Positions 25,708 through 35,351 of a stretch of DNA of 64,000 nucleotides are shown here, one piece after another. Positions within the stretch are counted from its first letter, which is position 1. Each line of letters begins with the position of its first letter. The stretch is from Nitrospirota bacterium. GTDB lineage: Bacteria > Nitrospirota > Nitrospiria > 2-01-FULL-66-17. The stretch covers positions 64,001 through 128,000 of the forward strand of contig JBMOMC010000001.1 in the NCBI GenBank assembly GCA_049325335.1, given 5' to 3'. Position numbers and translations under genes: made by a program. The notes under the pieces were generated by a model. That model did not search any database. It had not been told where the DNA came from and was given only the letters and a program-made list of their open reading frames with translations.

Positions 25708-26256
25708 ATGGGAAGAGTCCACGATCACATCGACGATGCCCTCGCGGCCTGGATCGACCAGCAACGCGTGTTCTTCGTCGCCACCGCGCCGCTTTCAGGT
25801 GACGGGCACGTCAACTGCTCGCCCAAAGGCGGCGACGCCTTCCGGGTCCTCGCCCCCCGGACCGTCGCGTACCAGGACGTGACCGGCAGCGGGGTCGAAA
25901 CCATCGCGCACCTCAAAGAAAACGGGCGCATCGTGATCATGTTCTGCGCGTTCGACGGCTCACCCACTATCCTGCGACTGTACGGCCGGGGCGAGGTCAT
26001 CGCCCCGGGACACCCGGAGTTTACCGCGTTGCTGGCTCGTTTTTCGGACCGGACCGGCACCCGCGCCCTCATCAGGGTTCACGTCACCCGCGTGTCCGAC
26101 TCATGCGGCTTTGGCGTGCCATTGTTCGACTACCGCGGCGACCGGGACGGACTCGACCAATGGGCGCAGTCAAAAGGGCTGGCCAAACTCCAAGAATACC
26201 GCGGAGAGAAAAACGCGCGCAGCATCGACGGCTTGCCGGGGCTGGATCGGACCTGA
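25708..26256 (+). CDS. Pyridoxamine 5'-phosphate oxidase-like FMN-binding protein
   Basis: FFVATAP...VNCSPKG, TGSG.ET.AH..ENGR..IMFCAF, SCGFGVP. Confidence 0.88.
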   Translation: MGRVHDHIDDALAAWIDQQRVFFVATAPLSGDGHVNCSPKGGDAFRVLAPRTVAYQDVTGSGVETIAHLKENGRIVIMFCAFDGSPTILRLYGRGEVIAPGHPEFTALLARFSDRTGTRALIRVHVTRVSDSCGFGVPLFDYRGDRDGLDQWAQSKGLAKLQEYRGEKNARSIDGLPGLDRT

Positions 26257-26730
26257 GTGCGCGCGCAAACCGTGACACACACGCGGTACGCGCTGACCTT
26301 AGGTGCCCTGACCGGGCTGTTCACCCTGCGTGTCGCCGGGCAAGGCCTTGTCGCGTTTCTCGGCGTCGAATTCCTGCCGCCGATGGAACAGTGGTATTCG
26401 GGCGTGATGCCCTACCCCATCCTGCTGCCGACCCAACTGGCGATGATCGTGGTCATGGTCGTCATCGTGGGTGATGTCGCGCGCGGCAGCGGAACGTTCG
26501 CGATGCCGCGGCGCTGGGCCGGCCCCGTGCTGCTGTGGTGTAGTTACGCATACGCCGCGGCGATGGCGGTCCGGTACGTGGTGAACATGACGCTCCACCC
26601 TGAGCGCCGTTGGTTCAGCCACACCATCCCGATCTGGTTTCACGTCGTGCTCGCCGCCTTTCTCTACACGTTGGGGCGCTACCACGTAAATTTCGCGACC
26701 CGCCCCTCCGAGTCGGGGCGGCGGCCATGA
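26257..26730 (+). CDS. Hypothetical membrane protein
   Basis: Four hydrophobic segments; tightly coupled to its neighbours. Confidence 0.7.
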   Translation: MRAQTVTHTRYALTLGALTGLFTLRVAGQGLVAFLGVEFLPPMEQWYSGVMPYPILLPTQLAMIVVMVVIVGDVARGSGTFAMPRRWAGPVLLWCSYAYAAAMAVRYVVNMTLHPERRWFSHTIPIWFHVVLAAFLYTLGRYHVNFATRPSESGRRP

Positions 26731-27383
26731 GCGTGCTGGAACCGGACGTCACGTTCACGGACTACGGGTTGGCGGTGGAATGCGCGGTGCTCTCCGCTTG
26801 GGTCGTCCGTCGTGGGTCGCCGGGCGATCCGCTCCGCATCTGGCTGACCATTTTCTTCGTCACGCTCGGGCTCGCGGCCCTGACCGGCGGCACGGTCCAT
26901 GGTTTCTTCCCCGAGGAGCGGTCCCTCGGGTTTCGGATCCTGTGGTCGGTCACCTTGCTGGCGATCGGAGGCGCCGCGGTGTCGGCCTGGGCCATTGGCG
27001 CGGGGCTCGTCCTGCGGGACCGCGCGACGGCTCGGGTGATCGCGACGGCCACGGCCGTGTTTGCCGGCTACGCCGTATTGGTCCTGTTCGTCACGCAGTC
27101 CTTCGCTCTGGCCATTGCGCATTACGCGCCGTCCGCGCTCTTTCTCCTGGGCGCGTTCGCGGTCCGCTACGCGCGAACCCGCGTCCCGCACCTCGGACTC
27201 GGCATCGCAGCCGTGGCGCTCATGGTGATCGCAGCCGCGGTACAACGGCTCGGCGTGGCCCCGCATCCGGTGTATTTCAATCACAACGCGCTGTACCACG
27301 CGATCCAGGCCCTTGCATTGCTTCTGCTCTATCACGGCGTCAGGCCGCTCATTCATCCGAACATGCCGAACATGGGAGGTTGA
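26727..27383 (+). CDS. Multi-pass membrane protein with conserved His motifs
   Basis: EP..TFTDY, GG.VHGFF, FNHNALYH; ATGA overlap with the upstream gene. Confidence 0.75.
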   Translation: MSVLEPDVTFTDYGLAVECAVLSAWVVRRGSPGDPLRIWLTIFFVTLGLAALTGGTVHGFFPEERSLGFRILWSVTLLAIGGAAVSAWAIGAGLVLRDRATARVIATATAVFAGYAVLVLFVTQSFALAIAHYAPSALFLLGAFAVRYARTRVPHLGLGIAAVALMVIAAAVQRLGVAPHPVYFNHNALYHAIQALALLLLYHGVRPLIHPNMPNMGG

Positions 27384-27384
27384 C

Positions 27385-28938
27385 ATGCTCACGCGACGGA
27401 CATTCCTGGGAGTCATGGCGCACGGCGGCGCCGGACTCGCGCTGCTTCCGACCGGCTGTTCGTGGCCCGTCCGCCGCGACCGCGGCGTCTTAGTCAACGA
27501 CGTGCACGCGCAACTCAACCCTACGCGCGTGGCGCGGGTGGTCCCGGTCAATTCGCTCTCGGCGCTTCAAGGCGCCTTGGCTACGGCGCGGCAGTACGGC
27601 AAGGCCGTGAGCGTTGCCGGCGGACGACACGCCATGGGCGGGCAACAATTTGGGACCGACACCGTGCTCATCGACACGCGCCCCATGAACCGCGTCCTGG
27701 GTCTGGACATGGCCCGCGGTATCGTGGAAGTCGAAGCCGGGATTCAGTGGCCCGAGCTGGTCAACGCGTTGCTCGCTCTCCAAACCGGGGACGCGAAGCC
27801 GTGGGGCATTATCCAAAAACAGACCGGCGCCGACCGTCTCACCATCGGCGGGGCGTTGGGCGCCAACATCCACGGTCGCGGCTTGCGCCTCCGGCCCATG
27901 ATCGGCGACGTGGAATCGTTCGACCTGGTGGATGCCGGTAGCCGCGTGCTGACGTGCAGCCGCACCGAGAACGCGGAGCTGTTTCGCCTGGCCATCGGCG
28001 GATACGGCAACTTCGGAGTCATCGCGCGCGTGCGTCTCCGCCTGATGCCCCGCACCAGGCTGGAACGCGTGGTACAAGTCATCGACATCGACGAGCTCAT
28101 GCCGGCGTTGGACCACCGCATTGCCGAGGGTTTCTTGTACGGCGACTGTCAGTTCTCGATCGACACCCCGTCCGACACGTTCCTCAAGTCCGGCGTGTTT
28201 TCCTGCTACCGCCCGCTGCCGGATGACGCGTCCATGCCCGACGTGGAAAAAGAACTCGCTCCCAACGACTGGCGGGAGTTGTATTACCTCGCTCACACCG
28301 ACACGAAAAAGGCTTTCGAGCGGTACTCGTCCTACTATCTCACCACCTCGGGCCAGCGCTACTGGTCGGATACCCACCAGCTCAGCGTCTACATCGACGA
28401 CTATCACTCGGAAGTGGATCGCCGCCTGGGCGCTGCCGCCGCCGGCACCGAGATGATCACCGAGGTGTACGTCCCGCGGCCCCAACTGGGATCATTTCTC
28501 GCGGCCCTCCGGGAGGATTTCCGCCGGCACGGTGTCCAGGTCATCTACGGCACGATCCGACTGATCGAACCCGATGACGAGTCCTTTCTCGCGTGGGCCA
28601 GCGAGGCGTGGGCCTGTACCGTGATGAACCTGCATGTGACACACACCCCGGAAGGGCTGGCGCGCGCCGAAGCCGACTTTCGACGGATTATTGCCCGCGC
28701 CGTTGAACGCGGGGGCAAGTATTTCTTGACCTACCACCGGTGGGCCACCCGCGAGCAGGTCGAGGCGTGTTACCCTCAGATGCCGGAGTTCCTCCGGCTC
28801 AAACGCGAATACGACCCCGAAGAACGGTTCCAAAGCGACTGGTACCGGCACTACCGGACCATGTTCGCGTACCGCCTGTCGAGGCGCCGAACACCGACGC
28901 CGAAACCACTCGCGTCTCGTGCGTCAGAGCCGGTCTAA
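27385..28938 (+). CDS. Tat-exported FAD-binding oxidoreductase (VAO/PCMH family)
   Basis: TRRTFL signal, GGRHAMGGQ, TIGGALGANIHG, GGYG.FG, K..YDP..F. Confidence 0.88.
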   Translation: MLTRRTFLGVMAHGGAGLALLPTGCSWPVRRDRGVLVNDVHAQLNPTRVARVVPVNSLSALQGALATARQYGKAVSVAGGRHAMGGQQFGTDTVLIDTRPMNRVLGLDMARGIVEVEAGIQWPELVNALLALQTGDAKPWGIIQKQTGADRLTIGGALGANIHGRGLRLRPMIGDVESFDLVDAGSRVLTCSRTENAELFRLAIGGYGNFGVIARVRLRLMPRTRLERVVQVIDIDELMPALDHRIAEGFLYGDCQFSIDTPSDTFLKSGVFSCYRPLPDDASMPDVEKELAPNDWRELYYLAHTDTKKAFERYSSYYLTTSGQRYWSDTHQLSVYIDDYHSEVDRRLGAAAAGTEMITEVYVPRPQLGSFLAALREDFRRHGVQVIYGTIRLIEPDDESFLAWASEAWACTVMNLHVTHTPEGLARAEADFRRIIARAVERGGKYFLTYHRWATREQVEACYPQMPEFLRLKREYDPEERFQSDWYRHYRTMFAYRLSRRRTPTPKPLASRASEPV

Positions 28939-29469
28939 GCGCTTTTTTGTCTTCCGATCGGACTTGGACAGCCGTCGCGGGTTGCCGCGTTTGTCGTGTG
29001 GATCATGTGGCCCGTCATCACCATCGCGGTCTTTGTCGGGCACGGCCCGGAGGCCGCCAGATACGTTCCCTTCGCCGGCCAGGGCATCCGCTAATCGCTG
29101 ATCAAACACCTGCGCGCCCAGCACCACGCCGCCGGACGATCGGCAGGCGTCGCGCACTTCCCGGTCGGACGACACGATCGTCCCCTGCTCGCGAAGGCGT
29201 TGCGCCAACCGGATGATCACGTCGTCGGCGCGTTCGTGCTCGGCGAACAGGACGCGCAGCCCGGCCGGAGACGCGGCGATGCCCGACGCCCGGCCCGCTG
29301 CGGTGGCGACGCCCGGCGGGAAGCCGTCGAACACCACAGTGACCGCGTGGCCTTTGAGGCGCGCGTAGCGGGCCAGTTCCGCGATGAACGCGTCGCGTTT
29401 GGCCGCCACGTCGCCGTACAGTCCGCCGCGACTCCCGATCACGTTATACCCGTCGATCACGATCTCCAC
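28924..29469 (-). CDS. NYN/YacP-like PIN-fold RNase
   Basis: IVIDGYNV, VVFDG, ADD.I, VSSDREV. Confidence 0.85.
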   Translation of the reverse strand: MEIVIDGYNVIGSRGGLYGDVAAKRDAFIAELARYARLKGHAVTVVFDGFPPGVATAAGRASGIAASPAGLRVLFAEHERADDVIIRLAQRLREQGTIVSSDREVRDACRSSGGVVLGAQVFDQRLADALAGEGNVSGGLRAVPDKDRDGDDGPHDPHDKRGNPRRLSKSDRKTKKRLDRL

Positions 29470-29551
29470 GCGCGCCCCCACGCCGGCCCCATTGATCGGC
29501 GATGAGGCCTCATGGTACAGAAGCGCAACCGTTCCTGTCACGGAGGCTCCG

Positions 29552-30244
29552 ATGCCCAAACGCCCGCTCACACCCAGTCGCACGCCGCCCGCCACCATCG
29601 AACCCGTTCACCCCAAGATCTTCGCGTATCTGGCCGGCCTGCATCAACGCCACGACGAGCCGGTGCTGATCGAGATGGAAGCCGAGGCCGAGACGCGCGG
29701 GTTTCCCATTGTGGGCCGGGTCGTGGGGGCGTTCCTTGAAGTGATGGCGCTCAGCGTGGGCGCGAAGCGCATCTTTGAGTTCGGCAGCGGATACGGCTAC
29801 TCCGCCTATTGGTTCTCACGCGCGGTCGGCCCAGACGGCGCAGTCATCTGCACCGACGGCAAGGCCGAGAACGCCCGTCACGCCCGCTCCTACCTGGAAC
29901 GCACAGGCCGGTGGGACCGCATCGACTTTCGGGTAGGCTGGGCGCAAGACGTGTTTCAAGCCACCGACGGACAATTCGACGTGATCTACAACGACGTGGA
30001 CAAGGACGCCTATCCCGAGGTCTGGCGCCTGGCGCGCGAACGCGTCCGCCCCGGCGGGCTCTATATCGCGGACAACACGCTCTGGTATGGTCGCGTGGTG
30101 CAACAACGGGTGGTCAACGACGTGGCGCCCGGTTGGACCGAAGCGATCCGGGAACATAATCGGTTGATCGCGTCCGATCCGGACTACGACTGCTTTCTCA
30201 ATCCGATCCGTGACGGCGTGATGGTGGCAAGACGCAAAACGTGA
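29552..30244 (+). CDS. SAM-dependent O-methyltransferase
   Basis: EFGSGYGYS, DVDK..YP, ADNTLWYG. Confidence 0.9.
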   Translation: MPKRPLTPSRTPPATIEPVHPKIFAYLAGLHQRHDEPVLIEMEAEAETRGFPIVGRVVGAFLEVMALSVGAKRIFEFGSGYGYSAYWFSRAVGPDGAVICTDGKAENARHARSYLERTGRWDRIDFRVGWAQDVFQATDGQFDVIYNDVDKDAYPEVWRLARERVRPGGLYIADNTLWYGRVVQQRVVNDVAPGWTEAIREHNRLIASDPDYDCFLNPIRDGVMVARRKT

Positions 30245-30312
30245 ACGCGCGTACTTCGACAAGCTCAGCACGAACGGGAAGTATAAGCTTTAGGTTTTCC
30301 GACCGCGGAGCG

Positions 30313-30497
30313 GAGCCTGTTCAGGGAAGGTCAGATGCCCCCTTCGGGGACTTCCAATAATTCGATTTTATAACGGTGGGTCGCAAGGCGGAGCGAGCGC
30401 CCGCACCGGTAGGGGCGTATGGCTATACGCCCCTACGAAACCGTGAGGAGCGGATGCGCAGCGGCAACGTAACAGATGGTCTTTCATGGACAGGCTC
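30313..30497 (+). mobile_element. MITE-like repeat, copy 2, expanded by internal insertions
   Basis: GAGCCTGT...ACAGGCTC ends; extra ~45 nt inside agatg|caagg and a REP at 30409-30436. Confidence 0.8.
30409..30436 (+). repeat. GTAG-type REP palindrome
   Basis: gtaggggcgtatggctatacgcccctac. Confidence 0.85.
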
Positions 30498-31123
30498 TAA
30501 AACACGCCGAGGCGTGTAAGGCCCGCCTCGCCTAACAGCCACAACGACGCAATATACGTCCACGCCGCCCCAGCCATCATATACCCCAGAAGGATCACCG
30601 CGCCGTCTTCCTCCATCATGCCCAAGGCGAGCAGGAGGATCGACCACGCCGGAATGGTGTTGGAAAACGGGATCGGCAACGGCAACATGAGCAGGAACGC
30701 GCTCGAAGCGATCGCCAAACCGTTGACCGCGTTGAAGCTCCACCAGTGTTTCATGAACCGCAGTCGCGGATGGATCAGTTTTTCCAAACGTTTGGCCACC
30801 GCCACCGCGCCGTTCACGATCTTGGCGAGCGTCTCGTGCGAGATTTCCCGCCGCAGCAGCCAGTCGGGCAACCACGGCCGCTGGCGCAACGCGATGCGGA
30901 AACCGAAGAACATCAGGGCGAGCCCGAACGGCGTGGACAAGCCGGGCAACGGGATCGGCTGGCAAAACGGCAACACCAAGACGATCACCAGCACGTCGAA
31001 TCCGCGGCCGTGAAGGATTTCAACGATCCGCCGCAGCGTCAACGCGTTACCCGCGGCGCGATCGAGGATGGTGCGGAGATCGTCCGACAGCTTGGTAGGG
31101 CGGTGGTCGGCTCCCGGCGTCAT
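30497..31123 (-). CDS. exoD: ExoD-family membrane protein
   Basis: LP...PIPLPG.S, PWLP, LPLPIPFSNTIPA, E.DG. Confidence 0.88.
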   Translation of the reverse strand: MTPGADHRPTKLSDDLRTILDRAAGNALTLRRIVEILHGRGFDVLVIVLVLPFCQPIPLPGLSTPFGLALMFFGFRIALRQRPWLPDWLLRREISHETLAKIVNGAVAVAKRLEKLIHPRLRFMKHWWSFNAVNGLAIASSAFLLMLPLPIPFSNTIPAWSILLLALGMMEEDGAVILLGYMMAGAAWTYIASLWLLGEAGLTRLGVF

Positions 31124-31181
31124 GGAACAGGCGTGCGGTGGGGCGCCCGGTTCGAGCGCCCCACACGTGGAACGCCCCTCG

Positions 31182-31883
31182 TTATTTTTTGATCGTCAAC
31201 AACTCCACGTCGAAGATCAGCGTGGCATTGGGACCGATCGTCGGGCCGGCGCCCTGCCCTCCATACGCCAGGTCGGACGGGATGAACAGTTGCCACTTGG
31301 ACCCGACCGGCATGAGTTGCAGCGCCTCGGTCCAGCCTTTGATGACCTGGTTGACCGGGAATTCGGTCGGCTCGCCGCGTTTGATCGAACTGTCGAACTC
31401 GGTGCCGTCGATCAGCGTGCCGCGGTAGTGGACGGACACCGTATCGGTCGCCTTGGGTTTGGCGCCCTTGCCCTCCTTGACCACCTTGTACTGCAACCCG
31501 CTCGGCAACGTCACCACACCCTTTTGTTTTTTGTTGTCCGCAAGAAACGCGTCGCCCTTTTTCTTGTTGTCGTCCGCGGCCTGCTGCGCGGCCGCGGCCA
31601 TACGGTTGCGTATCTCTTGTTGGAAATCCGCCAAGACTTTTCGGACCTCGTCTTCGGACAACGCGGGTTTGGCCCCGGATAATCCGTCGTTGATTCCGGC
31701 GGCCAGCGCCTTCGCGTCGAGTTCGACCGACTGTCGTTTAAAATTGGTGCCGATGTCCAACCCGATGCTGTAACTGACTTTCTCGTTATCGGTTTTCAAC
31801 GACGGTTTGCTTTGCGCCTGAGCCGCGCCCGCAAACGCCCCGACCAGAATCGCCGCCGCCACCGCCGTCCATCGCATCCGCAT
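31182..31883 (-). CDS. FKBP-type peptidyl-prolyl isomerase (Mip/FkpA-like)
   Basis: Signal peptide, SYSIG, SGLQY, HYRGTLIDG.EFDSS, VIKGW.EAL. Confidence 0.95.
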   Translation of the reverse strand: MRMRWTAVAAAILVGAFAGAAQAQSKPSLKTDNEKVSYSIGLDIGTNFKRQSVELDAKALAAGINDGLSGAKPALSEDEVRKVLADFQQEIRNRMAAAAQQAADDNKKKGDAFLADNKKQKGVVTLPSGLQYKVVKEGKGAKPKATDTVSVHYRGTLIDGTEFDSSIKRGEPTEFPVNQVIKGWTEALQLMPVGSKWQLFIPSDLAYGGQGAGPTIGPNATLIFDVELLTIKK

Positions 31884-32085
31884 CCGTTCTCCTTTCATTC
31901 GTCTTCTTCGTCGTTCGCCGCCCAACGCGGCGATCAAACCGCTCGTTGGCCATCCGTGTCGGCATCTGGCCGCCGAAGGCCCGCGTAATCGGGCACCACA
32001 ATACGCCGCCGTGCCCCCGACTGCAAGTCATGGATATGGATCGTGAGAAAAAAGAGGCGTGTCGGCCGTGCGTGGGCGGAGCGAG

Positions 32086-32607
32086 CTATAACTTCTTCAC
32101 AACCGCCCACGCCAGATCGGTCAACTGCTCGGTCGTAAAATAACTCTCGCGCACGCGGCGGGTCGTGGGGTCGAATCGCTTGGCGCTCTGGACTACCACC
32201 ACCACGCGCCCCGTGTGCACCACCACCGCGCGGTCCGCCCCGCCGCCGTAGGCGGAACAGGCCAAGGCTTCGTCGCCCAGTCCCGCGATGGGTGTGCTCG
32301 GCTCGGTGTAGCCGCAATTGCGTCGGTAGCTTTCGTAGAACTCGGACTTGGCCAAGGGATTGATCGCCACCGAGAGGATGACGTCTTTCCCGTTGATCGT
32401 ATAGTTACACGTCCCGTGCGCCCCGTGTCGAGAATCGCGCGGCACCAGCTCCACCCCGGAGCGCCCGGACACGGATTGGACCACGCGAGGCGGCAGCGCG
32501 CGCTCGCAGGCGGGGTCCACTTGGGTGAGGAACGCGGACTGTCCCGACGTGGTCGGTGTTGCACTGAAGAACCCTAAGAAGGACGCCAGGACCGGAATCG
32601 CGACCAT
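32086..32607 (-). CDS. Hypothetical exported protein
   Basis: GGAGG RBS, hydrophobic N-terminus, GLGDEA motif, four Cys. Confidence 0.6.
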   Translation of the reverse strand: MVAIPVLASFLGFFSATPTTSGQSAFLTQVDPACERALPPRVVQSVSGRSGVELVPRDSRHGAHGTCNYTINGKDVILSVAINPLAKSEFYESYRRNCGYTEPSTPIAGLGDEALACSAYGGGADRAVVVHTGRVVVVVQSAKRFDPTTRRVRESYFTTEQLTDLAWAVVKKL

Positions 32608-32713
32608 CGTCGTTCCTCCGAAACGAGGGGACGACTTCAGTCTACCGGAACCCCCGTGATTCGGCAACCGCAGGACTGATCGGAGCGGATGTCCGGGGGA
32701 GGAGCAGACCGCG

Positions 32714-33166
32714 TTACGCCGTGGCTTCTTTGACCACCGACACCGACACTTCGCCGGTCACGTCGGACGCCAACTTGATCGGCACCGTGAACGTGCCCAA
32801 TGCCTTGATGGGCTTATCCAAGACGATCTTGCGCTTGTCCACCGTGAATTCCTTGGCGGCCAACGCGTCGGCAATGTCCTTGCTGGTGACCGAGCCGAAC
32901 AACTTATCGTCCTCGCCCGCCTGCATCGGGAACGTCAACGGCAACGCCGCAAGCCGCTTGACCAAATCCTCGGCCGCCACGCGCTCCTTCTTGCGCTTGG
33001 CCTCGATCACGCGCTTCTGGTGCTCCAGCGCACGCACGTTGCGCTCGGTCGCCGGCGCCGCCATCGACCGCGGAAGCAGATAGTTTCTGGCGTACCCGTC
33101 CTTCACAATCACCAGGTCGCCCATTTTGCCGACATGATCCACGTCTTCGCGAAGAATGATCCTCAT
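32714..33166 (-). CDS. rplI: 50S ribosomal protein L9
   Basis: VKDGYARNYLLP, KLFGSVT..DI. Confidence 0.97.
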   Translation of the reverse strand: MRIILREDVDHVGKMGDLVIVKDGYARNYLLPRSMAAPATERNVRALEHQKRVIEAKRKKERVAAEDLVKRLAALPLTFPMQAGEDDKLFGSVTSKDIADALAAKEFTVDKRKIVLDKPIKALGTFTVPIKLASDVTGEVSVSVVKEATA

Positions 33167-33200
33167 CGAACTACCCTCCATCTCAACAAATGAACGGCGA

Positions 33201-33230
33201 ATGATACAGAACCCGCCTGAAAGATGTCAA
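33201..33230 (-). promoter_or_regulatory. Candidate sigma70 promoter of rplI
   Basis: TTGACA-18nt-TATCAT. Confidence 0.55.
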
Positions 33231-33381
33231 CGCGGCGACTATCCGCACAAACCGACATAGTGATGTCGCAGATCATATGTTCCGACATATGGGACCGTCT
33301 CTCGTGAACTCGGCCCCTTGATGATGAGACGCAGTGGTGCTAAAGTGCGTTGGTGATCTTCAGAGTACGGAGGGCTCCGCG

Positions 33382-33642
33382 GTGGCACGATTGACCATTA
33401 CTCTACCCAAACCACGACACATGGCGCTCAAGGAAGCGGCGGCTCGGCGAGGCAAGACGATCGGACAGCTTATCGAAGAGAGTCTCGACTTTTATGGAAT
33501 TACATCGAGTGAGCACGCATGGGCGTTGGTCGAAAAGGCCAGGGCCCGATCGGGCCTGAACGAACGTGAGGCGATGGATCTGGCGGTCGCCGAAACCCGG
33601 CGCGCGCGCCAGACGACGAGGAAAGCCCGACGCCGTAAATGA
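33382..33642 (+). CDS. Ribbon-helix-helix (CopG-like) antitoxin
   Basis: RLTITLP...ALKEAAARRGKTIGQLIEESL; overlaps the start of the PIN gene. Confidence 0.78.
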   Translation: MARLTITLPKPRHMALKEAAARRGKTIGQLIEESLDFYGITSSEHAWALVEKARARSGLNEREAMDLAVAETRRARQTTRKARRRK

Positions 33643-34076
33643 GCGCCCGCTTCGCGGTCGTGGACACGAACGTGGTCGTCAGCGGCTTACTGACCCGAGA
33701 CGCCCACGGCCCGACCGGACGCATCCTAGACGGCATGTTGCGCGGCGCGTTTCCGTTCTTGTTGTCAGCCGATCTGCTCGCCGAATATCGGACCGTCCTC
33801 TTGCGGCCGAAAGTCCGCTCGGCCCACGGATTGTCTCCCCCGCAGATCGACGAACTGTTGGCCGCGATCGCCGGGAACGCGACGCTCCGAGAACCCGACC
33901 CGCTCCCCGCGCCGACTGCCTATCACGGAGACGAACACCTGTGGCGCCTCACGGCCCTCTACCCCGGCACCACCCTCATCACCGGCGACCTCGCCCTCTT
34001 TGACACCGCGCCACAAGGGACCACCGTCCTATCGCCACGACGCTTCCTCGCGCTCATCGAGCGAACAACCCGCTGA
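33639..34076 (+). CDS. PIN-domain toxin
   Basis: VVDTNVVVSG, LLAEY, LITGD. Confidence 0.88.
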   Translation: MSARFAVVDTNVVVSGLLTRDAHGPTGRILDGMLRGAFPFLLSADLLAEYRTVLLRPKVRSAHGLSPPQIDELLAAIAGNATLREPDPLPAPTAYHGDEHLWRLTALYPGTTLITGDLALFDTAPQGTTVLSPRRFLALIERTTR

Positions 34077-34089
34077 CCATAAAATCAAT

Positions 34090-35310
34090 TCAAGAGACTT
34101 GGCCCGTTACTTCTTGGACAATTGTAAGCGTTAGGCCTCGAACCTGGACAGGGCTAGAGCTGTCCGTGGTTGTTCCATCCCCAAGCTGTCCGCTGCGGTT
34201 TGCGCCCCACGCCCAAACGGTCCCATCCCGTTTAATCGCGAGGGTGTGGCTACGGCCGGAGCCAACCGCTACGACCTCGGCGAGACTCGTTACCATGCCT
34301 GGAGTGTTTCGGTCCGTTAGCGTAGGCGGCTCCCCCAACTCGCCGCTATTGTTCCATCCCCAGGTCCAGACGGTTCCATCCCGCTTCAGTGCCACAGAAT
34401 GATCACCGCCAGCAGCAATAGCAACTACATCACTCAACCCAACTACCCGTACTGGGCGGTAACTCGTTGTGTTCGTACCATCCCCCAGCTGACTTGCCTG
34501 ATTTCGCCCCCATGCCCAGATGGTTCCATCTTGCAGAAGAACGATGGTATGACTCCCACCAACAGCCACTGACTTGATATCTGAGAGCTCTACCACTCTG
34601 CGCGGCTCGGGTTGAAATCGGTCTGCATGGCCGAAGTCATGTCCGCCCCATGCCCACAATGAACCATCACGACTCATACCAGTAATGTACCCGCCGCCAG
34701 CACTGATCCCCACTATATCATTGAGGCCTCGGACTGGCCTCGGCAAACCAGGTGGCCGTGAAAGCCCGACCAATGCTGCCATGGGAGAGTAGTCTCCCCA
34801 TAGCCACACGCCCCCATCGACAGTAACAACCGCGTTGATGAAGTCGCCCGCCGTAACAGTTGCTGCGCGAGCTACTCCCTTCAAAGCTGCTGGACGTGCG
34901 CGTTTTGTCCTAGTTCCATCACCCAGTTCTCCATATCGATTGCCACCCCACGACCACACCCTGCCGTCAGCTCCGACTGCAAGGGAATAACTTCCAGCGG
35001 CGGTAATCGCTCTGATGCCGGTGGGAAACCCGATTCGCACAGGAGCTAATACGTGCGATTCACCCTCCCGCCCAAGTTGACCAGTTTCATTACCTCCCCA
35101 ACCCCACACGACCCCGGCACTGTCCAACACCATGCTATGCCAGCCGCCAGCTGCAAGCACTGGGGCCTGTTGGACGGGGAGAGACGAGAAGTCAGCGGAA
35201 CGCTCGGTTGTTTCTTGAGCAGCACAGGATGCTAGGAAACACGTGGCCAATAGAACGTTCAGACACCTGGTCCGTGGGCTTCTAGTCATTGTTCGCTCTC
35301 CCCCCGCCAT
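34090..35310 (-). CDS. RCC1/BLIP-II repeat lipoprotein
   Basis: LASC lipobox; repeated HSxAxxxDG.VW.WG.N..GQLG; atypical codon usage. Confidence 0.9.
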   Translation of the reverse strand: MAGGERTMTRSPRTRCLNVLLATCFLASCAAQETTERSADFSSLPVQQAPVLAAGGWHSMVLDSAGVVWGWGGNETGQLGREGESHVLAPVRIGFPTGIRAITAAGSYSLAVGADGRVWSWGGNRYGELGDGTRTKRARPAALKGVARAATVTAGDFINAVVTVDGGVWLWGDYSPMAALVGLSRPPGLPRPVRGLNDIVGISAGGGYITGMSRDGSLWAWGGHDFGHADRFQPEPRRVVELSDIKSVAVGGSHTIVLLQDGTIWAWGRNQASQLGDGTNTTSYRPVRVVGLSDVVAIAAGGDHSVALKRDGTVWTWGWNNSGELGEPPTLTDRNTPGMVTSLAEVVAVGSGRSHTLAIKRDGTVWAWGANRSGQLGDGTTTDSSSPVQVRGLTLTIVQEVTGQVS

Positions 35311-35351
35311 GATATATTGGCGCCACCTCCGTCCACTCGCTGGTTACTAAC

